DNA from: the human T2T-CHM13v2.0 reference genome, Homo sapiens
NCBI RefSeq assembly: GCF_009914755.1
Contig: NC_060925.1
Length of the DNA: 64,000 nucleotides
Reading direction: 5' to 3' (one strand)
Below the pieces are notes generated by a model that was given only the letters and a program-made list of their open reading frames with translations, was not told the origin of the DNA and ran no database searches. Of this stretch, positions 30,465 through 46,262 are shown in pieces (position 1 is the stretch's first letter; every line of letters begins with the position of its first letter). Position numbers and translations under genes: made by a program.

Positions 30465-31004
30465 TCAAAGCTTCCTAAGACACAAATCTTGCTGTTCCCT
30501 CTATCCAGCATCTTTGTGCAGCGGCTCCTCATCACTCATATCTCAGCTCAAATTTCACCCGTCTGATGACCCCCAGAGAAGAGCCCTGCCCACCAACCCT
30601 ATCTCACCTTATTCCACTGCACCACCCCTATCTTCTCTATAGTGACTATCATCCCATGAAATTATATTACTTATGTCCTGGTTTATGTACAGAGAGCATT
30701 ATTTTTTGTTGTTTGTTTGTTTATTTGTTTGTTTGTAGAGACAGAGTTTTGCTATATTGCTCAGGCTGGTCTCAAATTCTGGGCCTCAAGCAATCATTCC
30801 ACCATGGCCTCCCAAAGAGTTGGAATGATACGCATGAGCCACCGAGCCTGGCCACAGTGAGCATTTGGAGGGTTGATCTTCTTCATTGCAATATTTCCAC
30901 ACATAGAACAGTGTCTGGCCAGAGGTAGGTCTCACAACTCTCTGTGCCCACCAAGAGCAGGGTAGGGCTGGAATGGGATCAACCCCGGCTTTCTTGGTGA
31001 ACTA

Positions 31005-31445
31005 CAGTTGATCCTTGAACAGCACTGGGGTTAGAGGCACTGACTTCCTTCGCAGTTGAAAATGCAAGAATAACTTTTGACTCTCCCCAAACTCAACTCC
31101 TAATAGCCCACTGTTGATCAGAAACTTTACTGATAATGTAATGTTGATTAACACATATTTTTATGTCGTAGGTATTAAATACTGTGTATATTATATACTG
31201 TGCACAAAGTAAGCTACAGAAAATAAAATGTTATTAAGAAAATCGTAACAAAGAGAAAACATATTTACTCTCCATTAAATGGAAGTGGATCATCATCAAG
31301 GCCTTCATTCTTATCATCTTCAGGTTGAGTAGGCTTAGGAGGAAGAGAAGGAATTGGTCTTGCTGTCTCAAGGGTGGCAGAGGTGGAAGAAAATCCAAGA
31401 AGTGGCCCCACATAGTTCAGATCTGTGTTGTTCAAGGACCAACGG
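31005..31445 (+). mobile_element. Tigger-family non-autonomous DNA transposon
   Basis: TIRs cagttgatccttgaaca / tgttcaaggaccaacgg, TA flanks. Confidence 0.75.
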
Positions 31446-31552
31446 TATTTGAGGACTATACTGTATTAACACAGTGAATGCAGACAGGTACCTAAAACCA
31501 TCCCAGGCACAGAGGACAAGCTTAAATAACTGATCTGTTAAAAGTCAGTCCC

Positions 31553-31852
<300 letters not shown>

Positions 31853-32659
31853 GTCAGTTCCTTTTTGCAAAATTCCTTTCTGATTGAAATGATACAGCAT
31901 TACTATCAGCTCTGAAACTCAGTGTTTCCAAATACACTTTTCCACATTCTCCTAGCAAAATAACATCAAAGGGCGATGCTTATGAAAGCAAGTGCCCATG
32001 AGAAATGCCACAAGGAGACTCCAGTGAGCGCCTTTAGTTGAGGTCGATTTTCACTCGACAAATCACTAAGTGATTTGTTTGCCTTTGTCTACACCCTGAC
32101 AGTTGTCTCATTTGCTACAATTTAACAAGTCACGCCAAAATGTCATCCTTGCTTATTGTGTGAAAACAGAAGGCACTAGAAGGACAGACTTTTCCTCTGG
32201 AGAACTTGGCAATGAAGTTCATTGAGTTGGGATGAGCTAATCCAATCATATATTACAGGAGACATACAAATGGATTTCCACAACTGTTTTCACCCTAGTC
32301 TCTGCCTGGTCATTACATTTGATTTGATGGGGCCATTTGAGCACCGCTGTGAGGACTGGAGTAGTCTTCATCTCAGCTGGTCTACCAGTCAGCCACTTCC
32401 ACGTGGCTGTCTTCTGCGTGGAGACCATTTCATGTTCTTATTCTGCCAGTCATTCAGGGACCACTACCCAAGAGGCCGGGCCCAGATGACAGTCCAGGCT
32501 CCACCTTTGTGATGCACAGAAGCCCAACTCAAGCTTCTTGAAGCTTCTCATCTTCTCACTTAGGTTGGCACATGTATTTTCTCTTTCTCTTTTATAGATG
32601 ACCCTTTAACAAGTGCGGGTCCCTGGCACATACTGGAGTTTGTGTGTCATTGTGTATGT

Positions 32660-33122
32660 GTTATATTTACAAAAGGTGAATGCAACTCAAGTGTCCACCA
32701 ACAGATAAATAGAAAGACAAAATATGACATATCCATACGATGGAATATTATTCAAGCAAAATAGAAAGGACATTCTGACATATGCTATATCATGGATGGA
32801 CCTTGAAGACATTATGCTAAGTAACATAAACCAGTCACAACAAGACAAATGCTATATGATTCCACTTTTACGAGGTTCTTAGAATAGTCAGATTCATAGA
32901 GACGGAAAATAGAATGGTGGTTTCCAGGGGCTGGGGGAGGGGAGAATGGGGAGATTTTGCTTAATGGGCACAGAATTTCAGTTGGGGAAGATAAAAAGAA
33001 TTGTGGAGATGGATGGTGTGATGAGTCCACAACAATGCAAATATACTTGATGCCAATGAACTGAGCACTTAGAAATGGTTAAGGTTGTAAATTTTATGTT
33101 ACATGTATTTTACCATAATTTT
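32660..33122 (+). mobile_element. L1MB-type 3' fragment
   Basis: atggaatattatt...atggatggaccttgaagacattatgctaagt...aaatggttaaggttgtaaatttt. Confidence 0.75.
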
Positions 33123-33224
33123 TATATATGCATTTATAAATATATATATGGTGTGTGTATGTGTGTGTGTGTGTGTGTTTCATCCCTATGTACAAGGCAA
33201 GACTGCTTCCAGTGAAAAATTTAA

Positions 33225-33560
<336 letters not shown>

Positions 33561-34708
33561 ATAACTGGCTGTGTTTATCCCTGGAGGAGAGGGTCTGTGT
33601 CTATCCCTGGAGGAGAGGGTCGCTCATCGCCTCCCCGTTGCTCATGGAGGACTGCGCTTGGTACTTTATAGGCCTCCCGCCCTCCTGCAGGAGAACATTG
33701 TCAACATCACAACTGGCTGGCAGGGCCATTGTCTTTAAGGGCCTCACTGAACGCTTCCTTCCACTACCTCCCAGAGCATGGAAATCTCGCCCCGACTGCA
33801 GCGGGAGAAGGGGGCACAGTGCTGTTTCTCCTTCTTCCTTCTCGCTCCTTCTTAGAGTGGGCGAGCAACCTGGTTTCACCTTCCAAAGTGTCGTTAGTTA
33901 CCTCAAGAAGGGTCATCAACTTCTCATGAGATCCTCAAACTCAATGATTTCCGAGTCATGTTTAATATTTTTACATTTTTATTTTAAAATTACAATGTAA
34001 ATTAATACAGTCTTTTTTAAAAACTCAATACAGAAGTAGGTAAAGTGGCTTTTTTGTTCTCCTTTGCCCCCCTGCCCAACCCCACTTGGAGGAGGCCTGC
34101 CCCTGGTCTTAGCAGCTGGGCCCTGGGCTGACTCACCTGGTGGCCCCTCCCTCGGAGTGCACTTGTCACCCTGCTCCACCTCCTGGGAGGCTGATTACAC
34201 AGATGGTGTCACAGGGCTCCCTTCCTTCCCTGGCTTCCACTCCACAGCTTCTCCTTCCCCTTAGGTTGGCCTCAGGTGACTGCATCCTCCCCCATCAGCT
34301 CCCATCCCGCCCTCCTTCCTGAAACTGCTTCTCCTTCACCCCCTCAGAGCTGTAGATTCTAGGGGTACCCTGCTGCTTCCAGCCCCCCAACTGCTCAGTC
34401 TATCATGGTCTTCCTGCCCACATCTTTGTAAATAGTTCATCGATTAAACACTCCTCCAATTGCCCCATTCAAGTGTCTTCTCAGGACCCTGCCTTTACTG
34501 TTTAAAAGAAAACAGTCCCACCTGTCATTTAGGCGGGGTTTGGGAAAGAGTGTCAAAACACAAAGGTGATGTCTTAAATCCAAAGAGTTTGCATATCTTT
34601 GCTATATTTCTTGGTGCAGTTGAAAACACATAGGCTGATTAATAATACTCAGCTCCTAAAATTATTTTCTGCTTCCAAGCTTCTGAAACACATATATGTT
34701 TAAGGCAA

Positions 34709-34712
<4 letters not shown>

Positions 34713-34739
<27 letters not shown>
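34713..34739 (+). repeat. (TG)n microsatellite
   Basis: Directly visible; another TG tract at ~33149-33178. Confidence 0.95.
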
Positions 34740-34790
34740 TTAATACAATTGACCCCTTATCATTTTGATCCTGAGCATAAGAATTATTTC

Positions 34791-35079
<289 letters not shown>

Positions 35080-35859
35080 TTATTTCGAACACTTTTGTTT
35101 CCGCAGTATTCTTGCAACATCTGGGGCATGAACACAGTTCTCAGATATAAATGGGAACGGAGCAAGGAAGAAATAGGTTACTCTGGGTGTTCAGGATTTC
35201 ATTAAATGTTTTCACTACCTCAGCTTTCTTTTCCCCCTAAGTAGTCAGTGACATGGTGGTATCCTATCTAATCCAATTCTTCTAGCAGCACTTTGGGGCA
35301 AAATTTCAAAGCCCCAAAGCTCAGTTTCCTGCTAGGCTGGGCTTCGATCCCTTAAAAGGGTAGAGGTGGTCACAACTGAATGCTTCCCTGGAGTCTGTGG
35401 GAGGCATCTATCCCTTTTCAGCACCTGGATCCCTGTTGTTCTTGAGTGGAGGCTGGAAATTCTGTGAATCGGAAGCTCTGTGAATCGAAAGCTCTGTTCT
35501 CCTTGGGCTGAGAGGCAGGTACCCACTAAGCCAACCACCCTGGAGCTGGAATCTGGAGCACAGAGGTTCGAACGCTGAAGACAGCTGACTTTCAACCACA
35601 GGCATTTCTGACCCTGGTGCAAGACCATTTCTGCTCCTGCTCCCCAATCTCCCCTAGTTCTTGCTCATTTCCATGCCTGGTTCTTAGCTTCCCAGTCCAT
35701 TTTCTGAGCTCCCCAAACCCTTCATCAAATACCTCTCTGCCTAGTTTATACTGATCAGACTGCATTGCCCGCAAGAAAAACCCTGACACATGCAGGAGTC
35801 ATCTGCACAAAGTGCCATGCGTAGGTGACTGCTAAGAATAATACTTAGAAATTGTTTAT

Positions 35860-36160
<301 letters not shown>

Positions 36161-36254
36161 TGTTTATTATTATTATCATTATTGCTATCAAATCTCCCTT
36201 TTAGTACTACAACTTTACGAAACACTGTAGGAGGCAAAATGAGGCACAGAGCTT

Positions 36255-36862
36255 ATTTATCTTTTTAAGATATCTTCGAGATGTAATTCATATACTGTAC
36301 ATACAATTCACCTATTTAAAGTGTACAATTCAATGATTTTTAGCATATTTAGAGTTGTGCAACCACCACCACAGTCAATTTTAGAAGATTTCATCATCTC
36401 AAAAAGAAAGCCTTTAGCCATCACCCCCACCCCTCCCACTTCACCCCATCCCCAGCCCTAAGCAACCACTAATGACTTCCTGTCTCCATAGATTTCCATA
36501 GTCTGTTGTCCTTTGTGACTTGCTTCTTTCAGTTAGCGTAATGTTTTCAAGGTTCATCCAAGGTGTAGCATTAGTACTTCATTCCTTTTTATGGCTGAAT
36601 AATGTTCCACTACGTGGATATACCACACATTATTTATCCATTCATCAGCTGATGGACAATTAGTTGCTTGCACCTTCTGGCTGTTATGAATAAGGCTGTT
36701 GTAAGCATTCATGAATAAGTTTTGTGTGGACATCTGTTTTCAGTTCTCTTGACAGATACCCAGGAGTGAAACTGCTGGCTCCTACAGTAACTCTATGTCT
36801 AGTTGTTTGAGGACCTGTCACACTTTTCCAAATTGGCTGCACCATTTGACATTCTCACCAGT
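36255..36862 (-). mobile_element. L1MB-type 3' fragment
   Basis: tttaaagtgtacaattcaatg...agtacttcattcctttttatggctgaataat. Confidence 0.75.
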
Positions 36863-37624
36863 TCATACTTTTAAAAATTACCCACGTTAAACAAGAAATG
36901 ATGTTTATAAATCAGTCATCATAATTGAACTTCATACCATGGTAGTCTCATATGTAAAAAGTGCTATAAAAATAAGTGCTTATCATGTTACTTTATGTCT
37001 TCACAGCTATGATTGTCAGTGGCCTTATAAATTATTTTTTCCTAGAGACCCAAGCTAATAAATCTCTTTTGAAAGTTGAGTCATAAAAATTGCTATGACA
37101 CTTTGTGAAAGCCATAAGCTCGAAAGAGACAAATAGTTCTCTTCCTGAGCCTTCCATCCACACAAATATTAGGTATGCTTGCTGGCTAATGCTACCTTGC
37201 CAAAGGGGGAGGATACGTCATTTATAAGAATCAGAAAATGGTGCATTAAAAAGAGAAAATGGAGAGTGGGAAAGGATGAGATGCATAAAGAGATGCTGAA
37301 AATAAACCTTTACCACAAAAAGATGGGAATTCAATTAGATGTATGTCCCATAACTAAATACACAACTGTAGATGTAGGTGATAAATCAAATGAGATATTT
37401 TAAATTAAATTATTTTAATAAACCCAGTAATATTGTACACAGACAATATAAAAATCTCTGTAGTCAAAGGACTTTTAAAAAAATTACATCTCCTTCTGCT
37501 ATAGAAAAACTTCACACACCTCCAGCAGCAAAGAATCTTATTTCTCAGTGGTAAGGCATGTTAGGGATACTCTTGCTACTATGTAACAGACTTTATCAAT
37601 GTTCCCTCCAATTAAACATAATAA

Positions 37625-37905
37625 GGCCAGGTGCAGTGGCTCACATCTGTAACCCCAGCACTTTGGGAGGCCAAGGCAGGAGAATCATATGAAGCTAGGA
37701 GTTCAAGACCAGTGTGGGCAACATACTGAGACTCCCTCCTCTACAAGTTTTTTTTTTTTTTTTTAATTAGCTGGGTATGACTATAGTCCCAGCTGCTCAG
37801 GAGGCTGAGGCAGAAGGATGGCTGGAGCCCAGGAGTTGGAAGCCACAGTGAGCTATGATCATGCCACTGCACTCCAGCAGTGTCTCTAAAATAAAATAAT
37901 AATAA
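37625..37905 (+). mobile_element. AluJ-like element with T-rich linker
   Basis: Diverged dimer; middle A-rich linker replaced by a polyT run. Confidence 0.8.
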
Positions 37906-38391
37906 TAAATGTCCAATCACAATTTCCACTATGGGGCGGGGGGTGGCTGGGAATTAAGAGTCACCTTGTCCACCAGGGTGTTGCCCTGAGCAGGGCATGA
38001 GATGGTGTGGCAGAGTCTGCAGAGCTGAGAGCCCAAAGCTGGGGACCACTGAGAAGAGCAAATGAGTTTCTGAGGTTCGGCAAGCACAGAGAAACCAGGT
38101 GGAGGGCTCATCATTAACGGGAAATGTTGGAGCCAGGCTGAGCTTCCGGGGTAATTACGGTGCATTGCCCCCGATAGGAAAATGAAACACAAGTTATGCT
38201 AGCTGTGACCCCTCCACAGCAAATACCGTAAGGAAAGAAGCTGGTTCCCAGAGACACCTCAACCAAGAAGATCCCAGAGAGCCAGAGGTCCCTGCTCCAG
38301 TGGCAGGTTTGGTAAGATTCACCCTGACCTAGATGCCACTATCAGAAGGAGGAAGGAGGAGGAAGATCACTTATTTGGGGAAAAGTGGACC

Positions 38392-39023
38392 TGTTACTGG
38401 AAAGGGGTCCTGATCCAGACCCCAGGAGAGGGTTCTTGGACCTCACGCAAGAAAGAATTCAGGACGAGTCTATAGATCGAAAGCAAGTTTATAAAGACGT
38501 AAAGAAAGAATGGCCACTCCGTAGGTAGAGCAGCAGTATGGGCTGCTCAACTGAGTATACTTAGGGTTATTTCTTGGTCATATGCTAAACAAAGGGTGGA
38601 TTATTCATGAGTTTACCAGGAAAGGGGCAGAGGCTTCCCTGAAACAAGGCTTCCTCTCCTTTTTAGACTATAGAGGATGACTTCCTGACATTGCCATGGC
38701 ATTTGTAAACTGTCATGATGCAGGTGGGAGTGTCTTTTAGTATGCTAATGTATTATAATTAGAGTATAATGAGCAGTGAGGACGAACAGAGGTCACTTTC
38801 ATCGCCATCTTGGTTTTAGTGGGTTTTGGCAGCTTCTTTACTGCATCTTGTTTTATTTATCAGTGGGTTCTTTGTGACCTGTATCTTTGTGACCTGCCGA
38901 CCTCCTATGTCATCCTGTGACTAAGAACGCCTAACCTCCTGGGAAAGCAGCCAGGAGGTCTCAGCCTTATTTTACCCAACCCCTATTCAAGTTGGAGACA
39001 TTCTGGCTCAAACACCTCTGACA
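38392..39023 (-). mobile_element. MER41 (MER41B-like) solo LTR
   Basis: Minus strand starts TGTCAGAGGTGTTTGAGCCAGA...GAATAGGGGTTGGGTAAAATAAGGCTGAGACCT. Other end tgttactggaaaggggtcctgatccagacccc. Confidence 0.85.
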
Positions 39024-39218
39024 AACCTTACAGGATATTTGAACTTTGAAGTAACTGCTAGTTTACAGAGACAGAAGAAGAGAGATAGAGTAAGAGAGAC
39101 CATTTTAAAATGAATAAGAGTGTCACACAACAAAATCTAAACACAAGTTTTGGTGCGAGGTGGTAACTGGGGACTCCAGAGGGCAAGAAGAGATAATATT
39201 TTTTTAATTAGGATTTTT

Positions 39219-39500
39219 GGCCAGATGCGGTGGCTCACACCTGTAATCCCAGCACTTTGGGAGGCTGAGGTGAGTGGATCATGAGGTCAAGAGATCAAGA
39301 CCATCCTGGCCAACATGGTGAAACCCCATCTCTACTAAAAATACAAAAATTAGCTGGATGTGGTGGCACACGCCTGTAGTCCTAGCTACTTGGGAGGCTG
39401 AGGCAGGAGAATAGCTTGAACCCGGGAGGTGGGTTACGGTGAGCCAAGATCGCACCACTGCACTCTAGCCTGGCAACAGAGGAGACTCTGTCTCAAAAAT
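39219..39500 (+). mobile_element. AluSc-like element
   Basis: gaggtcaagagatcaagaccatcctggcc; TSD aattaggattttt. Confidence 0.88.
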
Positions 39501-40797
39501 TAGGATTTTTTTGGGCCCTAAACTGCGGAGAGTAAATTCCTATCCTGCTGCACCTGTGATTCAAGTCATCCTAAGATCTGTGCATAGCATCAACCTCCAG
39601 CTCCTAGATGAGAAGGAGAAAGGAAATCGTCTTGGGCTGAGGTCAAACTCCAGGGAAAGAAATCCCAGAGAGTTAGCAGAAGGCAGACAGGTATATTTAT
39701 CATTCTTCAACAATGAATGTTTAAGGAGTGAAACTACTTCTCAGGGATGGAAGTACAATTTCAACGGTGTCACCTTAGGCCATAGGGGCAGTGATCTAGA
39801 GCTTACTTAGGGAGATTAGGCCTTGGAGGAAACTATATTCCACAATCAAGCCAGAAAGCAAGGCCAGAGCTGAGAGAAGCTATAGGCAGCTTGTGCAGCC
39901 CTGGGAAACCAGGGGAACCACCAGGTCGTCCACGAGCCTATGCGCCTCCAAGCTGGGATCTCTTGAGTCAGACAGCTGAGGCCAAAGACTGGCATCACCC
40001 TGTGGAGCAGCGAGTGTGGGGGAGATTTGGGCTGGGTGCTCTGTTGCCTTTCAGGAGATGGCTCTTACCCTATGGTGTGATGCCTGAGCACGGCTCATTC
40101 CCACTGAAGAAAAGATTTGTTATGGTTCATGAATGAGTGCCCACTAGGACAGGGGTGAAACTAGGAGTGTTCCAGGGATGGACAAGTCCCTGGATGAAGA
40201 AAGTGAGACCCTCACCTGATGTCAGGCTTACCAATGACCTTGGGAGGGGATGGATAGGGAAGCAAGGTCTGGGTGAAGATCTAGTTCTCATCTTCTAGGA
40301 AATGGGGGTGGCCCTCAGGACAGATAAGCTCCTTTGCAAATGTACAGACATCTTGCGAGGAGAGATACACGGGGGAGGGAAGGCAGAGCCCACCTAGGCC
40401 AAAACATCATTGTGGGCTTTAAGTTTCAAACTAGGCTTTTAAAAGTCGACAACAGTTAAGGCTAGTGTTGTGGTGTACACCTGTAGTCCCAGCCACTGGG
40501 GAGGCTGAGGTAGGAGGATCTCTTGAGCCCAGGAGTTCAAGCCTTCAGTGAGCTATGATCATGTCACTGCACTCCAGCCTGAGTGACAGAGCAAGACTCC
40601 GACTCTAAAATAAAATTTTAAAAAATTCAACCAGGTAAATCTATAGGGTTAAAGCTAAAAAAATATAAAAGGCATGTAGAAAAGTCTCCCCACATTCCTC
40701 TACCCCCATCTACTCCACCTACCCCCAGAAAACAGAACCACTATTATGAGTAGATCTTTGTGTAGTTTCCGAGAGATTTTTATGCAGATATAAATAA

Positions 40798-41164
<367 letters not shown>

Positions 41165-41544
41165 ACTTTGACTTTTCAGTTGAACACTGTATCCCAGGGA
41201 CCTTCCCACATCAGTGTATGCAGAGTTTCCTTGTTCCGTTTTATGGCTGTACACTGTTCCACTTCATGATTAGCTGGACCATAATTTTCTTTACCATTCC
41301 CCCAACAGAGGGCACTAAGTGCTTTCCAACCTTTTTTAATGTAAACAATGCCACCATGAAATGAACAAGCTGGTATACCTTTCACTTTTCGGGGTGCGGC
41401 TCTATCATCAGGATAAAGATAAATTTCTAGAAGGGAAACAGCTGGATCAGAGTGGGTGCATTGGTAGCTCTGAGAGGTATTCATAAATAGTTCTCCAAAA
41501 AGGAGACACCAATTTACACTCCCTTCAGCAAGTAGGGGGGTGTT

Positions 41545-41835
<291 letters not shown>

Positions 41836-43990
41836 CAGTCGTCTTACTCTTAACATACCCAAAGTGTTCAACTTTTCTTCCAAGTCTGCCTCTCCTCCTT
41901 CTGTCACCACCATCACCCATTTGCTCAAGTCTGAAGGCAGGACACCACCTTTACACCTCCACCCTTGCACCCCAGCAGAACGCCCTGACAGTACTTCTCC
42001 TAGAAGAATCTGTCCCCTTCCTGCCTTCACTCTGGTTACATCTGGAGTTAGCCTCAGCCCCTCTCACCTGGACACCTGTGCAGGTCCCCTGCCTCTCCAC
42101 TCTCCACCCTCCTCGCCAGCCCACCCCATCCTCCACACTGCAAGCCAAGGGGCTACAAATGTCGCAGCCGGGTGGGCTCACTCTCAGCCCATCATAGGGC
42201 TGAGATCCCGCTGCAGGATCCAGGCTGTTTGGCATATCCCTCAAAACCCAGGCCCTGCTGTAAGGCCTGGACCGGGTGGGGTCCTAGAGGTCATCTCCCT
42301 GCACCCATGTGAAGCTTCCGAGCATTTGTCCTTGGGGTTTTGCCCCATGGCATCCCAGAGCCACCCAGGCACTATGTTCACCTCCTGCTGCCCTTCAAGA
42401 TGAACAAGAAGAAGAGAAACAAAGGGAGTTCGCCACAGGCCTGAGTGTGGAGGAGACAGAGAAAGAACAGCACAGAAAAGAGAGGCCAGGAAGGCCCCAG
42501 ATGCCAGGTCAGGTTCATTTCATGTAGAAATCACTTCAGCAGATTGCTCTGCTAAAGAGAAGAAAATACACTTAACATGATGCATGGCCCCCGCTTGGCT
42601 CAAAGCTGATTGCATCTCTAGGCTAGCGACAAGCTGGCAGAGCTTATTAAAAACAGTGCACATGATTCTCTGCCCAAGCTCAGAGCCCTTTCCCTCTGAG
42701 CCACTCAGGGCATTTCCCAGTGTGGGTGAGGAAGTGTGCAAGGCCTGGTAGACCTTAGACTGCATGGCTGCAGTTTCTGTAACTATTGTTCATCCTGAGA
42801 AGTGAAGGTTTGGAAAACTAAATGAAGACACCCAAGAATGCCATCTGCTTTCTTGAGGCATTGGTTCAATGTTTACTCAGCAAATGTGCATCGTGCTCCT
42901 GCCCTGCACTGGGCTGAGCTGGGAGCAGGATTAGACGCTAAGACAAAGTCATGGAGAAGTCCAGTGCCATGAGCTCTGCAGGAAAGATGGACCCAGGGCT
43001 CTGTGGGCAGACATTGGGCAGGAAGAATGATGAGGCTGTAAATCCTGAGAATGCACTCCCTCCCGCAGACATTCTCAGAGTCCCAGAGTGTTAGGGGGCA
43101 GGAGGAATTCCAGCTGTGGTTCTGGAGGATTGTTAAACCTTTTTGGTGTGTTTCCTACTCTGAGGCATGTTTGTTTTACTCACAATGATGATGCAATTCT
43201 CCAATTACCTAGCAACTATACTAAGACTCTAAAGAAAAAGGCAGGTTCTTCCAATACATAGATAAGTCCCAGGTGGAAGGACAAGACCCCAGCCTGGAGA
43301 GGTGTTTGTATCGGGAGGAGAATGAGAACGTAAATCCCTGAAGCTGGGAGTGGGTCTGGTGCTGAGCAAACCCTTTACAGTTCTGGTCAGTGCTGAAATT
43401 TACTTCAAGGTCCTTTCTCAGTTGCTGGGGCATTTGAAGGGGATGCTCCCAGAGATCTGGGCTGGTAATCATTTCCCTGCCGAGGTGTCACCAGAAATGG
43501 ATGGCCCTCACATTGCCACACCTGTCTCCCTAGGTTGCCCTCCTTAATCACTTCGAAACAGAACCGTCTGCCAGGGCAGTGGGCAATGGGACACTCCTGG
43601 GCAGCTCCATCATCTCTAGCCAAGAATCATTTGGACTGGCCAGAACTGCACTCTGGTCCCAGCCAGAGGACCCCAGTTCCAAAGTCCTTCATTGTGCAAA
43701 CAAAGAGACAAAAGAGATGCCTTGCAAGTTGAGGCAAGTCAGGCTCAGAAGGAGACCATGAAATTCAGCAGCATCTGTGGGAGGGGCAGGGGGTGCAGAG
43801 AGGATAGGGGAAAGGGAGGAATCAGCAGCTCCTGATCCCCTCCATGTGCCAGACTTTGCAAGTGGCTTTGCTTCCACAAACCCGCCATGCCTCTAGCAGG
43901 CAGCACCGATTATCCTGATTCACAGCTTGGAAGCAGGGACAGACAGCATGGATAACTCGCCCAAGATCACCCCAGGGAAAACTGGGAATT

Positions 43991-44359
43991 TGTCTTAGTT
44001 CATTCAGGCTTCTATAACAAAACAGCACAGACAGGGTGGCTTATAAACAACAGAAATGTGTTGCTCACAGTTCTGGAAGCTGGAAGTCCAAGATCAAGGC
44101 ACTGGCAGATTCCATGCCTGGTGAGGGTCTACTTTCTGGTTCCTGTGTCCTCACATGGTGGAAGGGAGGAGGGGGCCCTCTGTGACCTAATCTTTCATAA
44201 TGACACCAATCCCATTCATGAGGGCTCCACTCTTCTGACCTAATCACCCCTTAGAGGCCCCACTTTCTAATACCATTACCTTGCAGGGTATGGGTTCAAC
44301 ATACAAATTTTGGCGGGGTCGGGGGGGTGGTGCGGAATACAAGCAATCAGGCCATAGCA
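43991..44359 (-). mobile_element. MLT1-family MaLR LTR
   Basis: tgtcttagtt...ggtggcttataaacaacagaaat...ctcacagttctgga.gctggaagtccaagatcaagg is the reverse complement of the MLT1 3' end. Confidence 0.85.
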
Positions 44360-44649
44360 GAGTAAAACCCAAATATCCCCAACTCTAATGTCTAGACCTC
44401 CCCTGTAAAACCATATGCAGGATCTACTAGACAGAACGTGTGTCAGACTGAGTGCACACTCCTGGGAACTGTGAGCTTATATAAAAATTCACATCATGGC
44501 CTTTTAACTGTACCCATTAACTCAAGACCCCTTGTCTCCAAACCTCAACTTTGACTAGTTAGAGAATCACACAGAAATCATTATAAAGTGCTTAGAACAT
44601 CAGAGTTTTCACGTGGTGACTAATACTTTTATTGACTTATTTTTATTGA

Positions 44650-45121
<472 letters not shown>

Positions 45122-46049
45122 TGTATAATCATTTCTATGGGCAAACACATTTATCAAACCACCTCCATCCTCTAACATTTGTTTTTTCTCAGACGTGAGA
45201 TCCTATTTGTAGGACTATAACAACAAGGAACTTTATTAATATGATGTCTAGAGAACGAAAGAGGCACATGTGCCCTAGAGGAAGAGCCGATGTCCTCTGT
45301 GAGTTCTCCTCTATCAGGGGTCAGGTTGGATGAAATCTAACCCCCACCTGCCTTTGTAAATAAAGTTTTATTGGAACACAGCCACACCCATTCATCTGTG
45401 TCACATCTACGGCTGCTTTGTCACTACAACAGCAAAGTTGAGTAGTTGCAGCACAGACTTTGCGTGGCCCACAAAGCTGAAAATATTCATGGTCTGGGCC
45501 TTTACAGAAAAGGTTTGCTGACCCCAGTGCTGAATCACTATGGGATTGCCTGTGCAGGAGCTGTGCCAGCTGTGTTCACATAATGCATCCTGCTTTCATT
45601 CACCAAGCTCCCTTCCGACTACAAAACTCTGCCATTCTCTGATGCAGGAGATGGGACTCAAGGCCACACCGTGCACTTCTCCGTAAAGCCACCTCCTGGA
45701 CCAGTTGGGTTTCTTGCTCCTTTTCCTTCTGAAGCAATCCTCTCTCTCCCATTAGGCCCCCTGAGCGCACTAAGCAGAGGTGCCGCCTCTGAGTGGAATG
45801 TGCCAGGCCCCAGAGCTGCCTCTGAGTCTGCAGGAGTGCAGAGTGGGCAGAGGGCTCTCTCTGCTGTTTTCCATCAGGGCGTGTCCCATCTCAGTCTAAC
45901 AGGGAGGTGCCCAGAAAATAGGTGGAGGTGAGGGCCACTCAGCCCAGTGGCCCTCTGAGCTGTTCCTTCTTGACCGGCACACACAGCTCGCTTCTTCACT
46001 TTCTTTTCCATCCACTGCCGGACCCAAGCCAGCCTTCCAGGGAGCAGCC

Positions 46050-46262
46050 ATGCCTTACCTCTACCGGGCCCCAGGGCCTCAGGCACACCCGGTTCCCAAG
46101 GACGCCCGGATCACCCACTCCTCAGGCCAGAGCTTTGAGCAAATGAGGCAGGAGTGCCTGCAGAGAGGCACCCTGTTTGAGGATGCAGACTTCCCAGCCA
46201 GCAATTCCTCCCTGTTCTACAGTGAGAGGCCGCAGATCCCCTTTGTGTGGAAACGACCAGGG
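46050..46262 (+). CDS. CAPN9: Calpain-9 exon 1, coding part (71 codons)
   Basis: gcagccATG, MPYLYRAPGPQ...LFEDADFPASNSSL...VWKRPG (calpain N-terminus). Donor GGG|gtgagt at 46263. Confidence 0.96.

Noticed and set aside
35460-35497. 16-bp tandem repeat; also a duplication at ~63411-63470
   Set aside because: Ordinary slippage duplications. No spacer-repeat structure, so not CRISPR-like.
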